Made by a program: the position numbers and the translations under genes
Notes under the pieces: generated by a model
Database searches by the model: none
Seen by the model: the letters and a program-made list of their open reading frames with translations, nothing else
What the model was told of the DNA's origin: nothing
Part shown: positions 10,461 through 18,593 of the stretch, piece after piece
Layout: every line of letters starts with the position of its first letter
How positions within the stretch are numbered: the stretch's first letter is position 1
Origin: a virus
Lineage: Duplodnaviria; Caudoviricetes
Direction: 5' to 3' (one strand)
DNA length: 57,676 nucleotides
Virus record (IMG/VR): IMGVR_UViG_3300037760_000045
Span: 1 to 57,676 of that record

Positions 10461-10661
10461 ATGTTGCCAAGACGAGTAACTGCTGTTGTGGTTTACGTGA
10501 CAACAGCCGGGTGGGCCGCGAACCTCATCGCTTCAATGGTTCCATGGCTAGGCTACACAAGCGATCCACTCATACATGCCGCATTTATGGCGATCGTCGG
10601 TGGCGCGGTTGGTCTACAGGCGCGGCAACCCCGGCAACCGAAGGAGAATGAAGAGTCGTGA
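10461..10661 (+). CDS. Small two-TM membrane protein (holin-like)
   Basis: Two hydrophobic segments and a charged tail, directly after the lysin. Confidence 0.6.
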   Translation: MLPRRVTAVVVYVTTAGWAANLIASMVPWLGYTSDPLIHAAFMAIVGGAVGLQARQPRQPKENEES

Positions 10662-10753
10662 CTCTGATGATGTATGCTGCGGAATCGCTCACATACTCAA
10701 CCATTGGATTTCTCATAGGGTGGCTGGCCTCCTGGAATCCGAGAGATGTCTAG
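10658..10753 (+). CDS. 31-aa single-TM peptide
   Basis: GTGA overlap with the upstream stop; AAGGAG upstream; MTLMMYAAESLTYSTIGFLIGWLASWNPRDV*. Confidence 0.45.
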   Translation: MTLMMYAAESLTYSTIGFLIGWLASWNPRDV

Positions 10754-11186
10754 ACGTCTGCTTCGACACATTGACGAGTTTCCCACGCGGGTGCTCGCCA
10801 TAATCCTCTCGCTTCTCGCAGTGGTATCGATCGGTTACGTATGGTGGTCTACTGATAACTTCAGTAAGTTCGTCCAATGTCAGGCCGAGTGGAGTACAGA
10901 CCTACTGGAGTATCAGATCTCCAGTCGGGAGAACGATCGGCGTGAACGTGCAGTCAACGACTTTGAGATTGTGGCTATAAGCCGGTTGATCAGTGATGCT
11001 ATAAATCCTGACATAGAGAGTGAGGATGCAATCTCTAAATGGCAGGAGTCTCGACAATCTGCTATGGAGCTGCGAAGAGAACTCCAGGAAGATCGCGAAA
11101 ACAATCCACTTCCAGAGCCTCCATTAGAGGTTTGTAACGGTTTAGCAGGAGAGGGTGGTATCAGCATAGAGCTGCACGGTATCTGA
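10746..11186 (+). CDS. Membrane-anchored coiled-coil protein in the lysis cassette
   Basis: N-terminal TM, CQ motif, helical ectodomain ending PLPEPPLEVC. Confidence 0.65.
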   Translation: MSRRLLRHIDEFPTRVLAIILSLLAVVSIGYVWWSTDNFSKFVQCQAEWSTDLLEYQISSRENDRRERAVNDFEIVAISRLISDAINPDIESEDAISKWQESRQSAMELRRELQEDRENNPLPEPPLEVCNGLAGEGGISIELHGI

Positions 11187-11208
11187 AACTCTTACAGAAA
11201 AGGCGATC

Positions 11209-11901
11209 ATGTTCAAGCGACTCGTTGCTATTCTATTCACGGTAATCGGCATCACTCTTGCAGGGGCCGGTATCGCGGCCGCACACGACTACACAGTTAA
11301 GTCAGGCGACACTCTCGGCGAGATTGCTGCGGACTGGGAAGTCCCTGGCGGCTGGGAGGCTCTGTACGCGGACAACCGTGATGTTGTGGGCGGTAATCCT
11401 GACCTGATCTATCCGGGCCAGGAGTTAGCGATAGAAAAGCACAAACCTCTTGGCACAAAGTCAAAGAAGTCTGAGAAGAAGAGCACCAGCAACGCTAGCG
11501 GTATCAGCTACTCTGCGGGCAGCGACAAGGCCACCCCCGCTACAGGATCTATCACAAGTCAATACGGGATGCGCACGCACCCGACAACTGGCGTGTACAA
11601 GCTTCACACAGGTACTGACTACTCGGTTGGAGACGGTAACGCTTATGCCGCTGCGAGCGGGACGGTGAGCGTCGGCTGGGCCGAGTGGTCTGGCAATCTC
11701 GTAACGGTCTCTCATGAAAACAATGTTCAGTCTCGATATGCCCATCTTGCGTCCGTGTCTGTTGGAGACGGCGCGAAGGTATCGGCAGGAGACGTCATAG
11801 GCAAGATCGGATCGCAGGGTTACTCCACCGGCGCGCACCTTCATTTTGAAGTGCTTATCGATGGGGAGTTCGTCGACCCGGCCGGATGGCTGGGACGCTA
11901 A
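11209..11901 (+). CDS. Secreted LysM + M23 peptidase
   Basis: Signal peptide ending AAA; LysM (YTVKSGDTLGEIA...NPDLIYPGQEL); M23 motifs HTGTD, YAHL, HLHFE. Confidence 0.9.
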   Translation: MFKRLVAILFTVIGITLAGAGIAAAHDYTVKSGDTLGEIAADWEVPGGWEALYADNRDVVGGNPDLIYPGQELAIEKHKPLGTKSKKSEKKSTSNASGISYSAGSDKATPATGSITSQYGMRTHPTTGVYKLHTGTDYSVGDGNAYAAASGTVSVGWAEWSGNLVTVSHENNVQSRYAHLASVSVGDGAKVSAGDVIGKIGSQGYSTGAHLHFEVLIDGEFVDPAGWLGR

Positions 11902-11919
11902 GGGAAACGGAGTCAAGCT

Positions 11920-12159
11920 ATGTGGACTACAGCATTCTGGAAGGCTGCAGCTGAGCGGGCGTTTAAGTCTGCTGCGCAAGCGGTCATCCTCTTCTGGGCA
12001 GTAGCGGACGAGATGTTCAATCTTCTCGACATCAACCTGTCCGAGACGTTAGGTATCGCAGCTGGAGGTTTCGTATTGTCGATCTTGAGTTCGGTCGCAT
12101 CTGGAACCATCACCTCCACCCCTGGACCTTCTCTCACAGACGCTGAGCGGACAGGGTAA
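11920..12159 (+). CDS. Holin (r1t-like family)
   Basis: MWTTAFWKAAAERAFKSAAQA start, two TM segments, LSILSSVAS...GPSL. Confidence 0.85.
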   Translation: MWTTAFWKAAAERAFKSAAQAVILFWAVADEMFNLLDINLSETLGIAAGGFVLSILSSVASGTITSTPGPSLTDAERTG

Positions 12160-12213
12160 AATAAGTCTGCCGGGTGTGGTTGAGTTACCTCCTCCTCCCC
12201 ATCTGTGCCCCGC

Positions 12214-12260
12214 AGCTGGAGTCTGATGTCACCGATCCGTCAGGCTCCAGCTTGCTGTTT
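12214..12260 (+). terminator. Hairpin after the lysis cassette, probable terminator
   Basis: 15-bp stem AGCTGGAGTCTGATG / CGTCAGGCTCCAGCT (two G-U pairs) followed by TGCTGTTT. Confidence 0.55.
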
Positions 12261-12291
12261 GCAGGATGCCAATAGGAAGCTCTAGGTTTGT

Positions 12292-12356
12292 TCCTAACGG
12301 CCAAAGATACCATTCTGGTACTAGGCGACGGGGTACTTTGTGTTTGGCCGTTAGGA
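12292..12356. repeat. Perfect 14-bp inverted repeat with structured spacer
   Basis: TCCTAACGGCCAAA (12292-12305) / TTTGGCCGTTAGGA (12343-12356). Confidence 0.8.
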
Positions 12357-12404
12357 GATAAATACACTGGTAAGAGGCTTGCCAAAACGATCTTGAAAGA
12401 CGAT

Positions 12405-12433
12405 TAGCCAAAATCTGGAAAGTGGTACAAGCT
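12405..12433 (+). promoter_or_regulatory. Putative promoter TAGCCA-N17-CAAGCT giving a leaderless mRNA at ATG 12440
   Basis: Shares TAGCCA...TCT.G.AAGTGG with 13063-13091; ATG lies 6 nt after the -10 box; no SD. Confidence 0.5.
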
Positions 12434-12439
12434 TGCGAT

Positions 12440-13036
12440 ATGGCTTACTACGAGGTTGAGGTACCGGGGAAGTTCCTACCTGGAATTACCCTGTTGGATC
12501 TAGAGACCGTGAAGGTTCCGATCCACGGTGGATTTGAGATGGCCAACGGCGAGATGCTACGTAAGCGTTGGTCGATTGCTATGGCGGGAATCGCTCGCGA
12601 TGGGCGAGTCGTGATTATCGATACTGAGGGTGATGAGTCCGAAGGGCTACGCGATCTTGGTGTTGAGCTTGAGGGAGCGACTGAGGTTGTTTACGGCGCT
12701 ACCCGTGAGTTCGATGAGATGATCTGTAAGGGTCAGTTCACGAACGCGCGACGTGCCCACGCCACCCACCCCTTCTTTCCTGCCGTCCCTGGAGCGGAAG
12801 ATCTTGAGTGGCGGAACGTCAAAGATGCCCACCAGTATGATCGTCTCCCTGATGTCCCGAGTCGCGATATCGCCTTTGGTGCGTTGACCGATGGCCGATG
12901 GGATCTTGTAATGATCCACCTGCTACGGGACGTTGCCGAATTGATCCTGATGGCTGGTGAACCCGATGGCGAGTGCGAGGCCTGGTGCCTACGGGTGCTA
13001 GCTGAAGAGGACTTCGCGAGCAACGCGCTCGCGTAG
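12440..13036 (+). CDS. Putative DEDD / RNase H-fold 3'-5' exonuclease-like protein
   Basis: LLDLET, REFD and HLLRD in the order and spacing of ExoI/II/III motifs; overall similarity not verified. Confidence 0.45.
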   Translation: MAYYEVEVPGKFLPGITLLDLETVKVPIHGGFEMANGEMLRKRWSIAMAGIARDGRVVIIDTEGDESEGLRDLGVELEGATEVVYGATREFDEMICKGQFTNARRAHATHPFFPAVPGAEDLEWRNVKDAHQYDRLPDVPSRDIAFGALTDGRWDLVMIHLLRDVAELILMAGEPDGECEAWCLRVLAEEDFASNALA

Positions 13037-13062
13037 GCGCGAAAAATAATTCCAATTTCAGG

Positions 13063-13091
13063 TAGCCATTTTCTAGCAAGTGGCGTAGCTT
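13063..13091 (+). promoter_or_regulatory. Putative early promoter TAGCCA-N17-TAGCTT with AT-rich upstream element
   Basis: TANNNT -10 box, 17-bp spacer, AAAAATAATT upstream; sits at the head of the early region. Confidence 0.55.
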
Positions 13092-13099
13092 TGGTTTTG

Positions 13100-13391
13100 T
13101 AAGCGAGAACGACAACTCCACAGAGATCGCAGGAGCTACCAAGTTCCCGTTACCGGCGAGGCTAATCGCAGACCGGGACGCCGCGAGTGCCGGATACCCG
13201 ATAAGGGTCTGGCCGACGACCTAGAATTAGATCGTGCGTGAGCGTAGGACGGGAGACCGGGAATGACGCGAAGGATGGGAACGACGCGAACGATGAAGCG
13301 TGGAGTTGCGGGGTCCGAATCCCCACCATCTACTAGGGCCAGGGTGATCATAAGTCGCATGACGTTCTGCGCAGAGAACCCTGGCCCATTT
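13100..13391 (+). ncRNA. Candidate structured RNA or long structured leader
   Basis: Nested stems 13113-13121/13300-13308 and 13143-13150/13275-13282, internal hairpins, T-loop-like GGGGTCCGAATCCCC-ACCA, then a 10-bp closed three-way junction 13336-13387. Confidence 0.55.
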
Positions 13392-13424
13392 TACCAGCCG
13401 AAAGAATTCCAATTAGGAGGAACC

Positions 13425-13571
13425 ATGAAGGTTACCGTCTTAACCCGCGAGGGTGAAGTTGCCTATAGCGGGGAGATTGTTTGGGCGAACGAGACTCACG
13501 TTGGAGTCGAGAATTCGGCTACCGGTGAAGTCCACAGTGTCCCATTGACCGCTATTAAGCGTCAGCATTAA
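13425..13571 (+). CDS. Small hypothetical protein (48 aa, beta-rich)
   Basis: AGGAGG RBS before ATG 13425; the longer upstream extension lacks an RBS. Confidence 0.65.
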   Translation: MKVTVLTREGEVAYSGEIVWANETHVGVENSATGEVHSVPLTAIKRQH

Positions 13572-13587
13572 TTAAGAGGAGGAAGCC

Positions 13588-14004
13588 ATGATCAAGTTCC
13601 ATCAAGTCGCTTGCGAGAACTGCGGCGAGGAGCGTAACTGCCAAGATATTAAGGGCAAGAAGATCTGCCTCCACTGCGAAGAGGCCGGGAAGGTGACTTG
13701 GATCGTCGGTAGCTCATTTGCCCCCGCATACAACCAGCCAACCTTGACCAAGGCGCTACACGCGGTGATCGAGGACATCGAGGTTGAGGCCGACGCGTTC
13801 GACGAGATAGCTCGGAATTCCCGGATGGTTAGGATCGGCCCAAACTACAACGAGGCTGCTTCCGCTTTGCGCCGGATGGTCTCTCAGGCCGAACGCGACA
13901 ATGACGATCAAGACCAGAATCGGGGCGTTCCGCACTACACCTACACCTTCGAGGGTAACGCCTCTGTCGGGCAGGTCTCTTTCTGGGTCAAGCCAGAGAA
14001 CTGA
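13588..14004 (+). CDS. Hypothetical protein with N-terminal Zn-finger
   Basis: GAGGAGG RBS; CENC...CLHC. Confidence 0.7.
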   Translation: MIKFHQVACENCGEERNCQDIKGKKICLHCEEAGKVTWIVGSSFAPAYNQPTLTKALHAVIEDIEVEADAFDEIARNSRMVRIGPNYNEAASALRRMVSQAERDNDDQDQNRGVPHYTYTFEGNASVGQVSFWVKPEN

Positions 14005-14013
14005 TAGAACGTC

Positions 14014-14053
14014 GCCCAGGGAGAGTGCAGGTTTGAATCCCGTCTCCCTGGGC
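14014..14053 (+). other. Intergenic hairpin with a T-loop-like apex
   Basis: GCCCAGGGAGA / TCTCCCTGGGC stem enclosing GCAGG-TTTGAAT-CCCG. Confidence 0.55.
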
Positions 14054-14086
14054 TGGCATTACTGGATCGGTTAAGAGGAGGATCAG

Positions 14087-14263
14087 TTGACTGCGAGAAA
14101 ACAGATCATCAGAACGATGGTCGATCAGACTTTGGACGCCAGCGGCGATGACGCAAACATTGTGGATCTCGCGTCTAGCATCATCCTGGATCTGGCCCTT
14201 CTCCTAGAGGAGCCGGACCCACGGAAGATCGTTATGAGGAGGAAGTGGAATCGTGGAAGATAA
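14087..14263 (+). CDS. Hypothetical protein (58 aa)
   Basis: GAGGAGG RBS, TTG start, MTARKQIIRTMVDQ...; overlaps the next start. Confidence 0.55.
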   Translation: MTARKQIIRTMVDQTLDASGDDANIVDLASSIILDLALLLEEPDPRKIVMRRKWNRGR

Positions 14264-14990
14264 GCGAATCGAAACTATCCAGAAGCTTCTGCGCAAGGCG
14301 AATGGCGCCGCGACTCCCGCAGAAGCTGACGCCTATTTCGACAAGGCACAAGATCTCATGGTCAAGTGGGAGATCGAAGAGGCCATGCTCTTCGCAGCTG
14401 GCGAGAGCAAAGACGAGATCGTCCAGGATGCAGTCTTAGTGGCTCGTTCCGGTTACTTTGCGTCGATGCTCCAGTTGCTCTATGTCATCGGTAAGGCGAA
14501 TAACGTTCGCGTCCTGAAGCGTCCGCCCTCTTCCTGGAAAAAGGAGGCAGGCGCAACGCTAGTCGGATGGAAGAACGACATTGAGCGAGTGAAGATGCTA
14601 TACGCTTCGCTCCTTATTCAGGTTGGCCGTGAGCGTAAGAAAGAGATGCGCGCTGATTACATAAGGGCGATGACTCCATCCAGCCGCGCGATCTGGGTTA
14701 ACTCGTTCTCGATGAGTTTCGCCGTTCGGATTGGCCAGCGACTTCAGGAGCAGCGGGCGCGAACGCTCAAGACCGCAGGTGACGCGGACTCAACAGGTTC
14801 CATGCTTCCCGCAGTCGTCGATCGCGAAGAGCAGGTCAAGAACTTTATGAACGGCGTGCCGACGACTAAGACCAGGAGCAGTGGACGCAAGACGGATTTT
14901 GCAGCCTGGGAGCAAGGAGCTAACGCTGCGGATCGCGCCGACATCGGCAACACTCGGATCGGCGATACTAAGAAGCGGCTGAACCGCTAG
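14253..14990 (+). CDS. DUF2786-domain protein
   Basis: N-terminal IQKLLRKA...TPAEADAYFDKAQDLMVKW signature; C-terminal GANAADRADIG. Confidence 0.8.
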   Translation: MEDKRIETIQKLLRKANGAATPAEADAYFDKAQDLMVKWEIEEAMLFAAGESKDEIVQDAVLVARSGYFASMLQLLYVIGKANNVRVLKRPPSSWKKEAGATLVGWKNDIERVKMLYASLLIQVGRERKKEMRADYIRAMTPSSRAIWVNSFSMSFAVRIGQRLQEQRARTLKTAGDADSTGSMLPAVVDREEQVKNFMNGVPTTKTRSSGRKTDFAAWEQGANAADRADIGNTRIGDTKKRLNR

Positions 14991-14995
14991 GAGCC

Positions 14996-15060
14996 TCTGA
15001 GACGGGCTGAGCGCTGTCAGTGGGTACTTATACCCGTGGGCAGCGTTTGGCCCTCTCAGA
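14996..15060 (+). other. Long imperfect intergenic hairpin (processing site or terminator)
   Basis: TCTGAGA...GTGGGTA-CTTA-TACCCGT...TCTCAGA, roughly 30 bp with several G-U pairs. Confidence 0.6.
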
Positions 15061-15100
15061 CAAACCTCACCATGTTCACGCACATTCTAGAGGAGGAGAC

Positions 15101-15247
15101 ATGAGCAGTACTCATTCTGAAAACATGGGCGAGGGGTATTACGTGACGATCCAGCATTGCGAGTTCCCTGGATGCGACAAGTACCTTGGTGTCATGTATC
15201 CGGCAGAGTTCTGTTCAGACCATAGAGGGGAGGAGAAGGAGACATGA
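15101..15247 (+). CDS. Small Cys/His protein (48 aa)
   Basis: GAGGAGG RBS; CEFPGC...FCSDH. Confidence 0.6.
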   Translation: MSSTHSENMGEGYYVTIQHCEFPGCDKYLGVMYPAEFCSDHRGEEKET

Positions 15248-15705
15248 GCGGAATCAAATGCGGTAAGTGTAAACAGCATCACGAGACGGTGGAAGAGGTT
15301 CGCAACTGCTATAACACTGAGAACTCCCCGCAGTATGGATCGTTCTATCATGGTACGCAAGAGATCCTGCCGATAGAGCCGCAGTCGCAAGATATGCCAG
15401 CACCGGTTACCGAGGCTGGAATGTACAAGCTAGGTGACACGATCTTCAAAGTTCAGGTTGCTGTTCATGGGTCTGGTCATCTCTACGCAAAGGAGTTAGA
15501 GCGGGATCTGAATGGCGCCTGGAAGTTCAATTATGCTCCTGGCGCCATCCGCAGGCTCACTACTAAAGATCGGCTAACTCTGGAGCAGGCAAAAGAGTTT
15601 GGTGCACTCTACGGGACGTGTTGTGTCTGCGGCCGGACGCTTACCAATGAGGACAGCATCAAAGAGGGCATTGGTCCCATATGCTCTGGCAAGATGGGCT
15701 GGTGA
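15244..15705 (+). CDS. DUF6011-domain Zn-finger protein
   Basis: CCVCGRTLTNEDSIKEGIGPIC; N-terminal CGKC...H...C. Confidence 0.8.
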   Translation: MSGIKCGKCKQHHETVEEVRNCYNTENSPQYGSFYHGTQEILPIEPQSQDMPAPVTEAGMYKLGDTIFKVQVAVHGSGHLYAKELERDLNGAWKFNYAPGAIRRLTTKDRLTLEQAKEFGALYGTCCVCGRTLTNEDSIKEGIGPICSGKMGW

Positions 15706-15709
15706 TGAG

Positions 15710-15793
15710 GTGAAGGATCTTCTGAATCTTGCTCTCTGGCTAGCGATTATCGCAGTCGCCGTTCTCATTACCTTGAAAGGGATCGCGTGGTGA
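15710..15793 (+). CDS. 27-aa single-TM peptide
   Basis: GTG start; MKDLLNLALWLAIIAVAVLITLKGIAW*. Confidence 0.45.
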   Translation: MKDLLNLALWLAIIAVAVLITLKGIAW

Positions 15794-15840
15794 GACGGTA
15801 GGATCGGACTTACGAATTGTGGCCCCATTAGCCATAGCTA

Positions 15841-16205
15841 GTGAGGAGGTGAGATCGATGAATTGCCCGTGTAATGCGGGCAGCCCGGTAGTGCGCTCAC
15901 AGATCGGCTACCGGGCACCAGGGCATAGGCAGGGGTTGACTACCCTGCCGAAGCGGCTAGTCACCGTTGGGTTGTTGGTAAGATTGCCAATTAAACCGTG
16001 CCCGCCTAAGCAGGGCGGGACGTAGACAAGGTCTCATTGCCATATAAGAGCAATGTGATACCCTTTACGTTCCGCCCGCCTAAACGCCAGGTGTTGTTCC
16101 GGCCTTTCCATTATTAAGCGGCTGCCCCTAACGTCAAGTTAACTCGACAACGGCCTAGCCGTTGGCAGACCTCTCACAAGGGATGGAAGAAACGGAACAC
16201 CTTGA
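15841..16205 (+). ncRNA. Candidate large structured RNA upstream of the helicase gene
   Basis: Consecutive hairpins (15864-15882, 15883-15916, 15928-15949, 16013-16077, 16089-16202) plus alternative long-range pairings. Confidence 0.5.
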
Positions 16206-16226
16206 TTTTTCTAGAAAGGAGGAGAC

Positions 16227-18152
16227 ATGGGAAAGGTAAGGGTTGAAAAAGTTGGAGATCGGATCTGGCTGAAAGCCAACTATCAGGACGCAGGGCCGAC
16301 GCTCGCGAAGTCGGTGCCCGGCTCCAGCTGGCGAGGTAAGGAGAAGGTCTGGACATACCCGCTCAACCTTCACACGTGTCGAGATCTTCGCAGAGTGTTC
16401 AAAGATGCCCTAGAGATCGGGCCTGAGCTTACCGGCTGGGCACGGAACGCGGTCACACACGAGGAATCTATGAGCGAACTAGGTCGGCAGATGGATGCAG
16501 AGCTCCAGCACGTACAGGAGATCTCGCCCATCCTGGCGAAAGCGACCGATGCCCGTACGTACCAGCGGAGCGGCGCGAGGTTCGTTGCTAACGGCCAAAG
16601 AGTCCTCATCGCAGACGAACCCGCCCTGGGCAAAACCGCGACCGCTCTGGCCGGTCTAATGGAGGCTGAGAGCTGGTACGGAGACCACCTCATTGTTACC
16701 CCGCTAACATCGGTTAGATCGACGTGGGCGCGGCAGATTGAGTTGTGGACGGATGCGGAGGTTTTCTACTCCACTAGATCTACTGCCCAGCGCAAAGCCG
16801 AGATCGCACGGTTCCTCGCTAGCGAGGCGCGGTCAAAGTTCCTCGTAGTCAATTCCCGCATGGTTGCGGTCAAGGTCGATAGTTGGTGCTCTGGTTGCGA
16901 AGCATGGGAACAAGACATGCCACTGCGAAACAAAACTCGCATCTGGCCTGATGTGCACTACCGTGAGCACGGCCATGATCTACAGACTCGTGATTACGAG
17001 GTCAAGTTCCCTGAGATCGTTAGTCACAGATGGACATCTGCGATCGTTGATGAATGCCACGAGTTATTCGCGCAATACCGGCCTAGCAACGTCACCCAGG
17101 TCATGGAAGGAATGCAGCGGATACAGCCAGAGATCCGTATCGCTCTCACAGGTACGCCACTGCGGGGATACGAGAAGAAGCTCTGGGGCACCCTCAAATG
17201 GCTAGAGGTTGTACGCGGAGGCTTCTGGGCATGGGTCGATACCTGGCTACACAAGAATGACAACGGCTACGGTGTTGATATTGGCGGGCTGCGGGAGGAG
17301 AGGCGCGATGAGTTCTACGCCTCCTTGGACACATACGTTCGTAGGCTAACCAAGAAGGAGACTCGCCCAGACCTTCCAGAGAAGGAGTACATACCAGTCT
17401 GGGTACCTCTCGCAGGCGAACACAAGAAACAGTATGTGGAGTTCCTAGAGCAGGGTGAAGTCAAGATGAGTCAGGAGATCGTGGCATCTCTTGGCCCGCT
17501 AAGCGAGCTGACCAGGCTGAAGCAGATGAGCTTTGGGGTATGGGAAAAGACGGCAGCGAATCAGCCTATCCGTCCCACTGCTAAATCGCCTAAGATTGAA
17601 TGGTTGCTCCAGGCTCTAGCAGAGCGAGGTGTAACAGGGAATCCTAAAACGGAGTTCTTTCCAGAGGAGGGTCTAGGCTACAAGTACGTTGTGGCCTCCC
17701 AATTCGGGGAAGTCGTGGACGCGGTAGAGCGAGCTTTGAGTCAGAAGAAGATCAAAACTCTGAAGGTGACAGGATCGGTTACCGGGTCTAAGAGGGATGC
17801 GGCGGTAAGCTGTTTCCAGAGCGATGACGATGAGTATCGGGTGATGCTCATTAACACTAAGGCTGGAGGAGTCTCGATTGATCTCGATGCCTGGTGTGAT
17901 GAGATGTTCATTCTCGATGAGACCTGGGTCTCCGATGACCAGGTACAGCTAGAGGGCCGCATCGATAACCGCTCTGGAAGAGAGGCTAACCGTACGTTCT
18001 ACTACATCCGTACGGAAGAGACAGTTGAGGAGGCTATTGCAGAAAGTAATCTCTCGCAAGACGAGATGCAGAAAGAACTTCTGGACCGTAGGCGAGGAGC
18101 TGAAGTGGCATCTCGCATCATTCAGAAGTTGAGAGAAAGTTCAAGAAAGTAG
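16227..18152 (+). CDS. SNF2-like (SF2) DNA helicase
   Basis: LIADEPALGKT, IVDECH, ALTGTP, AGGVSIDL, QLEGRIDNR; AGGAGG RBS. Confidence 0.92.
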   Translation: MGKVRVEKVGDRIWLKANYQDAGPTLAKSVPGSSWRGKEKVWTYPLNLHTCRDLRRVFKDALEIGPELTGWARNAVTHEESMSELGRQMDAELQHVQEISPILAKATDARTYQRSGARFVANGQRVLIADEPALGKTATALAGLMEAESWYGDHLIVTPLTSVRSTWARQIELWTDAEVFYSTRSTAQRKAEIARFLASEARSKFLVVNSRMVAVKVDSWCSGCEAWEQDMPLRNKTRIWPDVHYREHGHDLQTRDYEVKFPEIVSHRWTSAIVDECHELFAQYRPSNVTQVMEGMQRIQPEIRIALTGTPLRGYEKKLWGTLKWLEVVRGGFWAWVDTWLHKNDNGYGVDIGGLREERRDEFYASLDTYVRRLTKKETRPDLPEKEYIPVWVPLAGEHKKQYVEFLEQGEVKMSQEIVASLGPLSELTRLKQMSFGVWEKTAANQPIRPTAKSPKIEWLLQALAERGVTGNPKTEFFPEEGLGYKYVVASQFGEVVDAVERALSQKKIKTLKVTGSVTGSKRDAAVSCFQSDDDEYRVMLINTKAGGVSIDLDAWCDEMFILDETWVSDDQVQLEGRIDNRSGREANRTFYYIRTEETVEEAIAESNLSQDEMQKELLDRRRGAEVASRIIQKLRESSRK

Positions 18153-18206
18153 TAACTTTCGCGGTAAGATCTATCGTGAGAGATGAACCAGAGGAGAAAG
18201 AGAAAA

Positions 18207-18590
18207 ATGGCTGCAAAGAAAGCTACTGCAAAGAAGGCTGCGCCCCCATTCGCGGATCACATTGACAAGGAATCCACCGAGAGCACGAAGCTGTTCATCG
18301 AGTGGCTGGAGGAGAACACCGGGTATGAGGTCGATGAGACCAGTGTCCGTCTCACTCGCAGCCTGGTGGGAGAGTTCCAGAAGTCGGACGTGAACCAGGA
18401 TCGGTTGCAGCGTAACCGTGAGGCCGCAGCGGCTGCTAAGTCTGAGAAGAAAGCCGCGCCCAAGAAGCGCGCCTCTTCCAAGAAGGCAGCTCCCAAGGCT
18501 GAGGAGAACGGCGATGAGGAGGAAACTCCCAAGCCAGCTCCCAAGGCGCGTCGCCGTCGCCGCCCCGTCGCAGCGGCTGCTGACGAATGA
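18207..18590 (+). CDS. Lys/Ala-rich putative DNA-binding protein
   Basis: AAKKATAKKAAP and KKAAPKK motifs flanking a small helical core; TAAGAT -10-like box upstream; followed by a terminator. Confidence 0.6.
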   Translation: MAAKKATAKKAAPPFADHIDKESTESTKLFIEWLEENTGYEVDETSVRLTRSLVGEFQKSDVNQDRLQRNREAAAAAKSEKKAAPKKRASSKKAAPKAEENGDEEETPKPAPKARRRRRPVAAAADE

Positions 18591-18593
18591 TCC

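Noticed and set aside
13270-13330. tRNA or tmRNA gene
   Set aside because: A T-loop-like motif and ACCA are present, but I could not build D and anticodon arms, a proper acceptor stem or a tag ORF
13263-13424. N-terminal extension of the 13425 ORF
   Set aside because: It overlaps the structured segment, and the strong RBS sits at the downstream ATG
16089-16202. Cobalamin riboswitch
   Set aside because: CTGCCCC..AAC and AGACCT resemble parts of the consensus, but the GGGAA/GGTG and GCCACTG elements are missing
18145-18160. GAAAGT-AGTA-ACTTTC palindrome as an operator
   Set aside because: A single 6-bp arm pair with no second copy found; it could arise by chance
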